Assembly: GCA_965113315.1 (NCBI GenBank)
Contig: OZ220365.1
Reading direction: 5' to 3' (one strand)
Source: Podarcis vaucheri
Lineage: Eukaryota
Length of the DNA: 64,000 nt
The translations under genes and the position numbers were made by a program. The notes under the pieces were generated by a model. That model was not told the origin of the DNA. It worked only from the letters and a program-made list of their open reading frames with translations, and did not search any database. Below are positions 49,954 through 61,385 of the stretch, one piece after another (position 1 is the stretch's first letter; each line of letters begins with the position of its first letter).

Positions 49954-52900
49954 GAGTTACAACAACTGTGAAGAGCAATAACTGTGGGCCAAGATATAAT
50001 AAGGACAATATACCCAACAAGCTGAATAAGGCCCCTGAGTTAAAACCTGCAGAACCCTTTGCTACTGAACATTTCTGCAAGCTTCCCACTATAGATACAT
50101 ACCATGCCAGTACTGCTATCTACAATAGGCCCTTCCTCATACCCATCGTACTGCTTCCCTTCTGCAGCTTGCTTTTCGACATACCTTCTGTCCTGCAATG
50201 ACAACCCGATCTCCAAGCTTCAGGCCAAGGGATCCAAGCATATCTTTGCCAGTGACATTATCATAGTTTGGAAGCAGGGCCTTGGAAATGTCACAAGACA
50301 GAGGCACTGCATCTAAGAGCATCTGCTTAATTTCTTTAGCACTGGCTGCTGCATCTGCCATCTCTAGTGGCATGTCCACCGGGTCAGGAACCACATCTGC
50401 TGGAGTCTGTCCCTTGTCATTCTGTAGAACAAAACACGTACCAGGAAGGGAGTGTATTTAGGTGCTTAAGGGAATGTTAATGTGAACATTTTCTTATTTT
50501 ATTAGGTATTTCATACCTAATATAGGTATACTTAATATAGGTATACCTAATATACCTATTATTATTTTATACCTAGTATAGGTATACCTAATATAGGTAT
50601 ACTTGCAAAGGATTTCTCCTTCCTTTCTCCTCTGCAGCTTCCAAATCCGCTGCAGATGTTTGGGCAACCCTCCAGAAGAGATTTGCAGAGCACATGGAGG
50701 AGCGCCCAGGTGCGAGGAGAGGAATTCCCACTTCTTCCACTTGCATAATTCAATGCCGGATATCAACCAACATTTATGTAATGTGTTTGATATATTTATT
50801 ACTGGCTTTGTTGTGTCTATATATTGATTAACTGTTTTTCTGACATATAATAATTATTATTTATTAAATTTCTATATCACCCTTTATCTGGGAATTACAG
50901 GGGCAGCTTACAATATAAGCTACTTGGAGCATTAACTGGAAAAGCAGGATATGAACAAGTTTGATTATGATAATGAGATACAGGATGAACAGGATTCAAA
51001 AACAGAGCTGTGACATTGATAATTGGGTATTAAATAACCCAAGATCAGGAGCTAAATAGTTTTCTAGCTAAATGTCTAAAGCACAGGAAACTTAGAAATA
51101 CAAGGCAATTGGTCATGCAGCTCAGAAAAAGTCAATGCTGGCAATCTAGGAATCTGAATTGTTCCTGAAGACTAACTAATATATGTTCAAGCCTAAAATG
51201 GAGTGAGAGATAAGCGTATTTGTCCCTCCACCCAACCCATATGCAAAAAAAGCAGTTTTCACTTGTCGGTATCTAACTATAGAACGAGAGAGTTAAATAT
51301 AGTCAGATGAACCAAAACTGGTTGCAAATCAAAACCTCACCCTAAAGGCCGGGTTGGCTCCGTGTTCCAATAAACGCTTTACAGCTCCTGTACACAAGTT
51401 GAAGGCAGCAATATGCAAGGCTGTTCCAAAATCAAAGTCACTGCAGGTGGCATCCACATCTATAATTAAGCACCAGATAGATATGAGGATCAAGAAACAT
51501 TTGTCCATTTTGAACATTCTAGACTGGTACCATGTTTCGTTTTCATTCAGAATCTGAATTCCAATGATAAATACAATAATTAGTCTTAATGTGAGGTTTT
51601 AAATTTAAGATACAGTCAATGCTATAGTAGTAGTAACTGCATAATTTATATCCCATGTTTCTTCTGTGTTAGAAGTCAAGGAGTACACATAGGATTCATT
51701 CTCCCATGCAGGCACTGACCAGTCCCAGAGTAGCAATGCTTATAGCCAAATTTGATGCAACAATTTGATGCATGAAGGCAATTAACATGTGCTTTAAAAT
51801 ACAAAATAGCACCCACATGGACTTAAAGCAGCATCAGGACTGCATGGTGCTTGGGGGGGGTGGAGAGAGTTTAACCCTTTCTCCCCTACCTTGGTTCCAA
51901 GCAGGGTAAAAACCCCAAGTGGCTATTTGCGTTAGGAGGAAAGTGCAGAAGCAGCTTTGATGAAAGGGACTTTCACTGGGACTATGGCAGGGCAAAGGGT
52001 TAAACTTTCCCTCCCCACCCTTGTTACCTCAATGCTATTCAGGCTTTGCTATAGCTGCTATTTACACATATGTATGCCTGTACGCAATTAGAGTTACATC
52101 TAGTTTGGCCCTTCTCAGCTATATCATGTGCTTCAACTATCTCAATGGTTTAATGCACAAGTGGATGCATACCTGTACCAACACAAATAACCAGATTTTA
52201 TAAAAAGACACACTTGACAATATTTAAATTAAGTGCTTTGAAAATCAAAACAGCATTTTTTGATTAGAGAAAAGTATAAACCAACCCAGACCCTTTCTTT
52301 CTTAAGGACAGTTGAGCTGGACTTGAAAATGTGCTACAAAACAGGATAAGAGTGTGCAGACGTCTGGGCAGAAACTGATGAATTGTTTTACCACATACTG
52401 AGGTACCAATTTTCCAGTGAGGACGAGCGGTTTATTTTGCTTCCAGTACTGGCCAGCTTCCAGATGCTTCTATATAGGGAAATGTTAGCCTACATTGAAA
52501 GAACAGAGCCCTTGGACATCTGGTGAAACAACCCAAGGATTTACATATCCAAATGTCAATTCCCACATCTACAACTTGCATTCCAAATTGGATGCAATTA
52601 TGAAAGCAAATTAAAAAAAAAAAAATCAAGGTGCCTGTTGAGATATGACAAGCGACCACTATTTGTACTTTCCTGAAACAATTGAAGACATTTCATTTTA
52701 ACAAGCTTTTCCAGCTGGATGAGAAGGTTTCTGTCTTAGGATTTAAAAACAATAGAAAATAAACACCTATTTATTACCAGTTATTTTCTGTTACATTTTT
52801 AAAAACTGTTTTTCAGCTGTTTTTGTTATATGTTTGCAAGTCACCTTGACACACATGTAAATTAATAAACAAAATAAGGCATCCAGAGTCCCCCAAGAAG

Positions 52901-55900
52901 ATTTATCGAATATGATGATTCCATATAGCTGACAGTTGCAAATCCCTGCCTGTAAGCAGCAACACAACTTGACAACTGCACTCCAATGGATTAATTACTG
53001 TATTTTTCGCCCTATAAGGCGCACTGGCCCATAGGACGCACCTGGTTTTTTGGGGGGGAATGAATAAAAAAAAATTATTCCCCCCCCAGCCCCCAGAACA
53101 GGCTGCCGCCCCAAGCCTTGCATGCACCTCCCCGAAGCACGGGGCATCCTCCGGAGGACACCCCGTGCTTCTGGCTGCATGCTGCCGCCCCAAGCCTCGC
53201 GCACCCGGCGGGACCTCCCGCTGGGCGCGCAAGGCTTGCGGATAGCTTCCTGAAGCGTGGAGAGCGAGAGGGGTCAGTGCCCACCGACGCCTCTCGCTCT
53301 CCAGGCTTCAGCGAAAGCCTGCATTTGCCCCATAGGACGCACAAACATTTCCCCTTCATTTTTGGAGGGGGAAAGTGCGTCCTATAGGGCGAAAAATACG
53401 ATAGCAGAGAGAGATGTTGCTCCACAAACTGCATTCCATTTGTAGATCAAACCCCTGAAAATTTTGGAATACATGCCATGAGCCAAATCAAATCAGCTGT
53501 TGCAACACTGTCCTGATCTCAGTTTCCTTAACTGAGAGTTTCAGTCTTCTGGGAGTCAACCAAGTAAAGTTCCCTTTCAGGGTTATGTAAACCCTTCACT
53601 TTCCTGAAGTAGATTACAACGGGCGTGTAATATCCAACAAGCTGCAGACAAGTTTACCTAGCACCAAAGAGAACAGAACATGTTGCTGCAGATCCTAATG
53701 GCTAGGAGTATCATATAACATTAGACTGCCAATCTGAACAGAAGCTGTTTGTCCATCTTTTTGGCAATCACCCTGATTATCTCTGTATGCATAAAGATGT
53801 TTCGGGGGGGGGGGGAGATCCTAGCAACAAGGTTAGAATGTCCAGCAGTCAAGTTTCATGTGCAGTATTCCTGAATTATGTGAGTGCCATCTCATGGTTG
53901 ACTCATGCTGTCAGCCTCTCCCTGTCCAGCTCATCTGTTTCCAGAGGGGGAAAGAATTTCTGATCGCCCATTGAGGGAGGGACAGAAAGCCTCTCGAGTC
54001 CTCATCACACCCCTGCCCGCCAAACTGGTGAAATGCGCTATGAGAAGCTAACTACATAAATCACTGCACCCTGCAGATAAGCAGGCAAACAGCTGCCATC
54101 CCTGGATCAGGATCAGCGTGGGTGGAGAAATCTCTCTGGGAACTTGTTTTGAAACAGAAACATGCCTTTCACCTGCCACGCTGAAATCAAAACGAGGGTA
54201 AGGAACAGCGAAGAAAGGATTCTGTCAAAATGGTCATAAGGATGTGAGAAGAGCCTGTTGGATCAGGCCAATGGCAGCATCCTGTTCTCACAGTGGCCAA
54301 CCAGATGCCTGTGGGAAACCCGTCAGCAGGATACAAGCCCAAGAACACTAAATATCGTCCTGTGCTTTCTAGCCACTGGCGTTCAGATACATTGCCCCTT
54401 CTGTGGAGGCAGAGCATAGCCATCATGGTTAGGTAAAGGTAAAGGGACCCCTGACCGTTAGGTCCAGTCGTGACTGACTCTGGGGTTGCGGCGCTCATCT
54501 CGCTTTATTGGCCGAGGGAGCCGGCGTACAGCTTCCGGGTCATGTGGCCAGCATGACTAAGCCACTTCTGGCGAAACCAGAGCAGCGCACGGAAACGCCA
54601 TTTACCTTCCCGCCGGAGTGGTACCTATTTATCTACTTGCACTTTGACGTGCTTTCAAACTGCTAGGTTGGCAGGAGCAGGGACCGAGCAACAGGAGCTC
54701 ACCCCGTCACAGGGATTCGAACCGCCGACCTTCTGATCGGCAAGTCCTAGGCTCTGTGATTTAACCCACAGCGCCAATCGCGTCCTTTGCCATCATGGTT
54801 AGTCGCCATCAATAACCCTCTCCTCCACAAATTTCTCTAATCCGCTTTTAAAGCCAGTTAGGTTGATGGCCATCACTGCCTCATGTGGGAGAGAGTTCCA
54901 TGATTTAACAATCCGCTGCGTGAAGGACGTTCTTCAGAATCTTCCAACACTCGCCTTCATTGGATATCCATGATTTCTCGTGCTATTGGGTGGAGGGGCT
55001 CTTTCCCCACCATACATCATTTTATAAACTTCTAGCACGTCATCTCTTATGTGCCTTTTCTCTAAATTAAAAAGCGCTAACCGCTGCAGCCTTTTTTCAT
55101 AGAGGAGTTGCTCCATCGCTACAAATGGTTCAAAGAGTACGCGCAGACTACAAAGCCACTGCTTAAGGGGGAATACAACACCATAAAAAACATGCTCTCT
55201 CTCCATTTCCCAGCCAAAGGAACCACCAAGCCTCCATCTTGTTACAATTCAGCATCAGCATATTGGCCTTCATTCATCCCTCCACTGCATCCAGACTCTG
55301 ATCCACAACCTGCACAGCCTCTCCTGACTCAAATAGAGTTGCTTGTCAGCAGCAAGTCATAGGAACAGTACCAGTGAAGAAATGTGTTCATTTATATTCA
55401 AGCAAGAACTAAACATTGCATGCAAGACAAGGATGCTGGGGGGGGGGGGGGGGAGAGAGATGCCAGGTGTTTCCTTCTCCTGCCTGCATTACACTCTATT
55501 TTCCAGCCAGCAGCTGGCAACAATATGGAATGTGAACAAGGAAATGCACACAATTGGGGGGGTGTCACAAAAGGGGTAATTGATAAGGGAAAGACAGACA
55601 ACTCAACACAGGAACACCATTATAAGAAACACCCTTTTTAGTGACAGTATTTAGTTATAGCCTCAAATTCTCTGATTCTGCTCCAAAGGACAAGATGAAA
55701 AGTGCTACAATTTTTCCCACGTTCTCCAGAATGAATTTGCTAGATTTCCCAACACTACTTCTCCAATAAGAGGGATCAAAAAGTCAGGAAACAGTGACTG
55801 AAACAAGTTTGCCTTTGTTTGTTCACTCTTCCATTACTTAATCAGCATTCTCAGAGAACCAAGTCAAAACATGTGCATTTTCCCACCCATCCCAGTAGCA

Positions 55901-58900
55901 ATTTATAAAGGCTTCGCTCTCTTAAATATTACTTGGCTAAAAAAAAGGATTAACAATAGCATCCAACTATCTGACTGGGTTGCCCCAGCCACTCAAGCCG
56001 GCTTCCAACAAAATATTAAAACGTGGAATGCAATTGACATGGAATGTTACCACTGAGTTACAAAAAATGACGAAGTGAAAGAAGAATTCCAAACAAAGAT
56101 ACAAAAATTTAGATTAGAGCAAAGTTTGCACATCATATATGTTCACTTCTGACGTTGCTTTCCATACTTTGTCATAAGATGCATTACCTTTGTAAGGTTC
56201 AAAATATGCAGCTTTGAATGGCAGAAATGTGCTTTTTAACAATATCAGCATATTCAGATGGACATGGATGGTCAATATGCATCTGACTATCTGGACACTG
56301 TAAAGGACAAACTGTGGACATGAAAAGTTCTCCATGCCCCTACCCACAACCAATGATGTAACAGTCAATGATGATGAACCAAAGTCGGAAAAGACAGAGC
56401 TGCATCAAGACACAGCTAAGATTCACTGCATAGCACAGATGGTGAAGAGACAAACTGGACCTGCAATGCCATTTTGGACTGTTGGACCATGTTCTCACAA
56501 CAGATGCCTTAAGATGCAAATCACTCTCCATTTTTCAGTCAGTTTCATAATGTCAAGAAAAATAACATGGGGGAAAGCCGTTTTGTGACACTGAAGGTAT
56601 CAACACAGGTAAGAAATACAGCATCTATTGCTATTACATTTGGCAATATTTACCTTTTGACTTTGCATTTTTCAAAATGACGCTAATGAGTTCTGGAACA
56701 TCAAAGTAGGCAGCATAGTGCAAAGCATTCATGTTTGTCCAACGGCTCCTCAAATTGATATCTGCACCCAAGTCAATAAGTTGGGAGGCAAATTTGGCGG
56801 CAGTCTCAACATCCCCTGCAAAGCAGATTTTTAAAAACGGCACTTTATAACTGGTTTTGTGGTTATTTAATAGGCTGTATCAGCATGTTAGATAATTGGA
56901 CATCATGTCCAAAGATTGTTGGCAACTTTACAGCAACAGTTATGAAGCCAAGGCATTCGAAGCAAGATGTTCCTTGACAAGACAGATTTAAGAACTAGTC
57001 AGGCAGTTATTGCCTTTGAACACAGTTAAGAAAATAAAGTGAAAGTAAGCTTATAGGACTTCCTATGTGCACTTGCATGGGGAAAGCCTATATGTGGCTT
57101 TTGCATTCAGTTCTACATAGAAGTGGCTTCTCTGTAGGATTTTTATGACACGTCAGGCAGCTCAAAATGCTTTGATTTAAGGCTTAATTAAGTCTTGGTT
57201 TGCAGAAGTAAGAGAAGGGGCTGAAATATCCTTTGTATCTTAAAACAGGAATGATGGGACATGAGCTGACTCACAATGAATCATATTCCCTACCCTGCAC
57301 TGGGTATGATGGCACAGGGCTGATGCACAACCACCCCAGGCAGAGTGGGTCATTTACTCAGCGGCACAATGCCAAAGCACATCAAACCAGAACACTTGTG
57401 CCAAGGGAGATATGCTTGTTGGCTTGAATAAGAGTAAGACAGGTTTAAAGCAAATGCTCTACCTCAAGTGGATCATGAGTCGCAGCTCTAAAGCATGTAT
57501 AGACACACATACACAAAGCCAACAGAGACCGGGTTAGAATTTAAAGCATTCGTTTCTGAATGTCAGATGATTTTAGAAAGCATGTGTCCACACTGCGTCC
57601 TTCCAATAGTTTTATTAATCATCTTTCAAGATTCCAATTGAAATGCTATCACCTGCATTGTGTTTAATCACCTGCACGGTGTTGCTAGGGGAAAACCTGT
57701 ATCAAAAAGTGCCATGTAGAAGGTCATAAAACTTACAGAGACATAGAATAGGCAAAAAACAACCCTAGAAGTGAAAATCTGATGCTTTCATCTTAGAGTA
57801 TGCTATCTTTGGAAGACTTGGCAAGAAGAAACCACAAACAAGCACACAACTGAGTACAATCAAAGAGACGTGACCATATAGCTTCCAGGCTCCACTTTTA
57901 TGGAAGATTGGGTGATTATGCAGATACTCAAGAATCTCCAGAGATTTAGGAATGGGAAGAGGAATCAGGCACATTTCCTTAATAATCTTTCATTAACCAT
58001 CCCTTTTATGGCAAGCCTTCAACAGCATTGTTCATTGCTGTTTTCAAAAGGCTGTTGCTTGGACTTTCTGCCGATTCAGTACATGCTTTTCTCAGCTGCT
58101 AAAAGGTTATTGCTTAACCATTACTTGACAAGTTCATGAGATTGTACTTCTTATGCATCTTTGAGAACTCTTCTGTGATCAAGAAGCAGCTTAGCAGTTT
58201 TAATATAGCTAAAGAATATTCTCACTGGGTACATGGATAGCTTCAAGGATACAGCCCTCCTCAACCCATCAATCTAAGCACAGTGGCAGCACAGCCAGTG
58301 GAAAAGGTAGAGAAACCTCTCCTTCTGCTAGAAAGACAGCTGGCAGTGAAGGTCTCAAATTGATTCACTCACCAATACCATGAGCCCCTGACTTGCATGT
58401 GTAATGCAAGAGAGTCATGTCAGTCAATCCATCTCTGTCATTCACATTGCAGCCTCTCTTAATGATCTGCAGAAACGATAGAACAGAACCATATATGATG
58501 CAGCTATTTAACCTAAAAAGATCCCAGTCTCACGGCAATGCCTGCCAACAAATTTCATCTTAGTACATTATCAGAGCAAGTTGGTGATACATTTCACAGC
58601 AACAAAGGGATAGTTAATGGCTTATTGTCATGTTGTTGTCATTATTATCATTTATTACATTTCTATATTGCCCTTCATCCAAAGGTCACAGGGTGGTTCA
58701 CAACATCAACATTAACAAAATACTCTCCTTTAATGCATTCACGTTATGCTTCTGTTAGCACTATCTTGGGAACAGAAAGCTGCTTTACACAATCACAGAC
58801 CCTTGGGTCCATCAAGTTCAGCATTGTCTATACTGAATAGCAGTAGCTCTCCAGGGTTTCAGCAGGGAACTTTGTTATCTGCTAGGCTTATGAAAGCCTA

Positions 58901-59400
58901 GGAATATATGCCAACACCCAATACACTTTTTATTTTATTTTTTATGAAATCTGTAGATCTCTGTAGATCTCGGGACAGTTCACAGCATAAAGTTCATCTG
59001 TAGATCTCAGGACTGTTCACAGCATAAAAATACAAGATAAAATCAACTTTTGTGGTGCTCACTCACTTTTAATATGATACCAAGAATTCAAGTTTTTATT
59101 TTAACAGCTGAATTTCTAAGCCCAAAGCACCGCAGAGGTGATTCTATTTTGATAACGTTAGCTCTCAAATAAAAGCAGAGTGAGTGAGTTAGTTCCACAA
59201 AGAAGTCAAGGCACAGACACAAAAAATACCTTTCTTTATAAATCACCATATATTTCTCACCTCGCTCCCAATGACATCAATGTTCTGTTGAACTTGGGGG
59301 ACCCATTGCCTTAAGATAGCAAATAGTTCAGACACAGATGTCTTGGGGTTGAACAGAATCTCCTGACATGCCGCATCATTAGGATCAAAAAAGGAGAACT
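36011..59400 (-). CDS. CLIP4: CAP-Gly domain-containing linker protein 4, exons 3-16 (start-codon exon not found in the window, presumably beyond 64000)
   Basis: Fourteen AG/GT-bounded minus-strand exons join in frame. They encode ankyrin repeats (TLLHY, NALHYAA, TALHIAA), three CAP-Gly motifs (GKNNG, GKNDG, GKNDG) and the C-terminus ...RGINGAKLVDDIC*. The gene is tail-to-tail with ALK as in mammals. Confidence 0.97.
37297..37369 (-). CDS. CLIP4: CLIP4 exon 15
   Basis: 73 nt; GFRRSFSTTSASSQKELNRRNSFVK. Confidence 0.95.
38062..38126 (-). CDS. CLIP4: CLIP4 exon 14
   Basis: 65 nt; LVGSLDSLTDVSSSKMNHSLP. Confidence 0.9.
38637..38760 (-). CDS. CLIP4: CLIP4 exon 13 (CAP-Gly 2)
   Basis: 124 nt; [42 protein letters not shown]. 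Confidence 0.95.
39095..39447 (-). mobile_element. Full-length Sauria SINE
   Basis: tRNA-like head GGGACGCGGGTGGTGCTGTGGGTTAAA...GATTCAAATCCC, (ACCTTT)n tail, 15-bp TSD GTGCATCC(T/A)AGTAAG at 39080-39094 and 39448-39462. Confidence 0.92.
41052..41186 (-). CDS. CLIP4: CLIP4 exon 12 (start of CAP-Gly 2)
   Basis: 135 nt; GRNNTFPSSRRNPFDEGEIQIGDRVLVVGQRTGIVRFYGTTKFAP. Confidence 0.93.
42613..42753 (-). CDS. CLIP4: CLIP4 exon 11 (Ser-rich linker)
   Basis: 141 nt, phase 1-1; EKATSLGSNSSSSSTTSLDSKQNCSKKWNTARKNKKEDLKSHSAATK. Confidence 0.88.
44230..44498. mobile_element. PIF/Harbinger-like MITE
   Basis: Imperfect 18-bp TIRs GGGTTGATCCACATTTAC / GTAAGTGTGGATAAGACC, TTA TSD on both sides, central hairpin. 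Confidence 0.55.
44655..44741 (-). CDS. CLIP4: CLIP4 exon 10
   Basis: 87 nt, phase 1-1, CAG/GTATGT; GLSALKKDSTPDSTFLGSKEGMKTPPGKE resembles human GLMTSKKDSASEST. Confidence 0.85.
45386..45790 (+). mobile_element. L1-clade LINE ORF2 C-terminal fragment
   Basis: CWNRCGETGYYIHMWWFCESLYPFW is the L1 ORF2 CCHC zinc knuckle (Cx3Cx7Hx4C...FW). Confidence 0.8.
47452..47589 (-). CDS. CLIP4: CLIP4 exon 9
   Basis: 138 nt; GIFAPLSKISKASEHKRNAKVSSPRPSPAVKSKKIDVTHITSKVNS. Confidence 0.93.
48253..48388 (-). CDS. CLIP4: CLIP4 exon 8 (CAP-Gly 1)
   Basis: 136 nt; VGTLRFCGTTEFASGQWAGIELDEPEGKNNGSVGKVQYFKCAPKH. Confidence 0.95.
48670..48825 (+). mobile_element. Decayed CR1 3' end
   Basis: gtggattctc...cttcaagcacaggct...gagcagg...atggccttta...tctgattct resembles a CR1 terminus. 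Confidence 0.45.
49909..49951. repeat. (TA)n microsatellite
   Basis: Direct reading. Confidence 0.95.
50185..50421 (-). CDS. CLIP4: CLIP4 exon 7
   Basis: 237 nt; NDKGQTPADVVPDPVDMPLEMADAAASAKEIKQMLLDAVPLSC...LGLKLGDRVVIAGQK. Confidence 0.95.
50501..50603. repeat. Self-complementary minisatellite, unit about TATACCTAATATAGG
   Basis: Several direct and inverted copies of TATACCTA/TAGGTATA. Confidence 0.8.
51341..51459 (-). CDS. CLIP4: CLIP4 exon 6
   Basis: 119 nt; DVDATCSDFDFGTALHIAAFNLCTGAVKRLLEHGANPAFR. Confidence 0.95.
52998..53401. mobile_element. Tc1/mariner (Tc2/pogo-like) MITE, CpG-rich
   Basis: 27-bp TIRs CTGTATTTTTCGCCCTATAAGGCGCAC / GTGCGTCCTATAGGGCGAAAAATACGA, TA TSD, subterminal CCCATAGGACGCAC repeats. 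Confidence 0.88.
54235..55120 (-). mobile_element. CR1 LINE 3' fragment, split by a Sauria SINE
   Basis: MEQLLYEKRLQRLALFNLEKRHIRDDVLEVYKMMYG...TRNHGYPMK is a CR1 ORF2 C-terminus, followed by the CR1 3' UTR. Confidence 0.85.
54433..54786 (-). mobile_element. Full-length Sauria SINE nested in CR1
   Basis: Intact B box GGTTCGAATCC on the - strand, (ACCTTT)n tail, perfect 14-bp TSD GCCATCATGGTTAG at 54419-54432 and 54789-54802. Confidence 0.93.
56654..56815 (-). CDS. CLIP4: CLIP4 exon 5
   Basis: 162 nt; GDVETAAKFASQLIDLGADINLRSRWTNMNALHYAAYFDVPELISVILKNAKSK. Confidence 0.95.
58373..58466 (-). CDS. CLIP4: CLIP4 exon 4
   Basis: 94 nt; IIKRGCNVNDRDGLTDMTLLHYTCKSGAHGI. Confidence 0.95.
59261..59400 (-). 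CDS. CLIP4: CLIP4 exon 3
   Basis: 140 nt; EFSFFDPNDAACQEILFNPKTSVSELFAILRQWVPQVQQNIDVIGSE; AG/GTGAG boundaries. Confidence 0.95.
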
Positions 59401-60984
59401 CTATGGGAATAAGAAAAAGTAGGTTGAGTTTCTAAAGTACTTTGCAGTAAGAAATGCCCAACAAATTTGTGAACATGATATAAACAAAGAGTTACAAATT
59501 CTCTGACTTGATGGCAAACACTGTAGCTTTATTATTGAAAAGACAAAATATAAATAATATCCACTAAATAGAACCCTCACATATCAACACATAATTGTTC
59601 TATACAGCATACTTCAAGAAAAAAGAAATTACTTCACAGGAAGAATAAACTCTGGACCAAACTACTGTTGGGCAGAGTTCTGTGTAATATTCCCTTGAAC
59701 AGATTTTTGCTTAATGAAAAAGTAACTGTTTGAGGCAATGATGATGTCTCTTGTGGACATTATTTCCACTAAAAATAGCCCTCAAAGTAGTTCTTCCTAT
59801 CTAGGAAGAAAAGCAAAAAGTTTTGGGGTAGGCAGTTCTAAGATGAAATATAATTTGCAGTGAAAGTGTTAAGAACTACTCCCATTTTTTTTGCTCTGGG
59901 CTTTAGTCTCAAGCAGCTGTTTTGTTTTGAATGTTTTCAGGAAAATATATATATGAAATTGCATGTAACAAGTAGTTTGGTCCTCATAAGACTTGTGTGC
60001 CTCTCTGCAAAATGTGAAGTTTAATTCAGCAATCATTCAGGAATACTGGGCTACAGTAGCAGAGAGGGGAGAGGGGGTTAGGGAGGAAATCTAACACACA
60101 AAGTTAACTTATATAACCCAGAATAATTAGCATCAGAAATAAAGCCACTCATCAGAAACCTAGCTTAGCCTAATTAATCAACATTTTGCTAGCTATTGAG
60201 AATTTACAGAGTTTGCATAAGGAATAAGTAGTAGCAGTTCCTTACTTCTTAGTTAATTACATCTGTTTGTCAGTTAAGAAAATTTAAGGATGTGGTTTAA
60301 ATAAAAACCTATTGATGTATGCAACGCTGGAGTGGATAAACAGATCAATTTATTGGCACTAAGAGAGCTGTACAGTTGGAATTGGTTTTATTTATGGCAC
60401 AATTAAACATTTTTAGTGACTGCACAGTTAGGTCAGTCATCAGGAAGGCTATTAACAGGTAAAGTTTGAGAGCTAACCACCCTTATCCTTGGCCACGCAA
60501 GGAAGGTTTTTCTAATTAAAACAGATTAGCTTTGACAATTGCCTTCTTCCCAACATGAACCAGAGCTTCATACATCGGTAAGGTGCTGAGGATACAAGAA
60601 GAGAAAGAACGACCCGTTTATAATATGCAGTTTCCCAAATGTGGTCAGCTTAGGGAAGAAGAAATAGAAAAGAAGAGGGGCATGAGCAATAACAGAGAAG
60701 AGGAGAAAACAGCAGCTGCTGGCTCATATTAAAATCTCTTTGCAAGCATGAGGACAGACCAAGCAGTGACAAGACCAGGAATGATGAGCAACATGGGGTA
60801 TATGCATCTGCATTACAGAAAAGAGCACATGTTCCTGGTTGACATGGGCAGCCAAGCAGATGAGGATTTGTATGGAGCAGTGGCAGGTTGACCACTTTGA
60901 TTCAGGCTCTGGTTTGCCCAATTCTGTCTTTGGCAGGTGAAAACTCACATATATCACAGCCTTGTAAATAAGTCTATGAAAATT

Positions 60985-61385
60985 ATCATGTTTTTCTATA
61001 ACACGCCCCCATGTATAAGACGACCCCTAATTTTTTTTAACCCAAAATTAAGAAATTAAGTTGTTTAGCTTTTTTGGGGGGTGGAGGTCACTTCCACCAA
61101 TCGCTCACCCGCCCGCCCGTCACTGCTGATTGCTTGCCAGTCACTGCTGATCACACACCTCACTGCAGCCAATTGTTTGCTTGCTCGCCACCACCAACAG
61201 CCCATCCGCCCACTTGCCACAGCTGCCTATCACCTCCCCAATTGCCACTGCCAATCTCCTGCTTGCTGCTGCCATTAATCACATGTCCCCCCCTCTGCAT
61301 TCACTATCTGTGTATAAGATGACACCCCATTTTTGCCTAACTTTTTTTCAGCAAAAAGGATCGTCTTATACACGGAAAAATATGG
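60985..61385. mobile_element. Degenerate Tc2/pogo-like MITE
   Basis: Right TIR CGTCTTATACACGGAAAAATATGG+TA, repeated GTATAAGA(C/T)GAC subterminal motifs, decayed left end. Confidence 0.6.

Noticed and set aside
52903-53445. Cluster of GC-rich ORFs and apparent CpG island
   Set aside because: Fully explained by a TA-flanked MITE with TIRs; not a promoter or gene.
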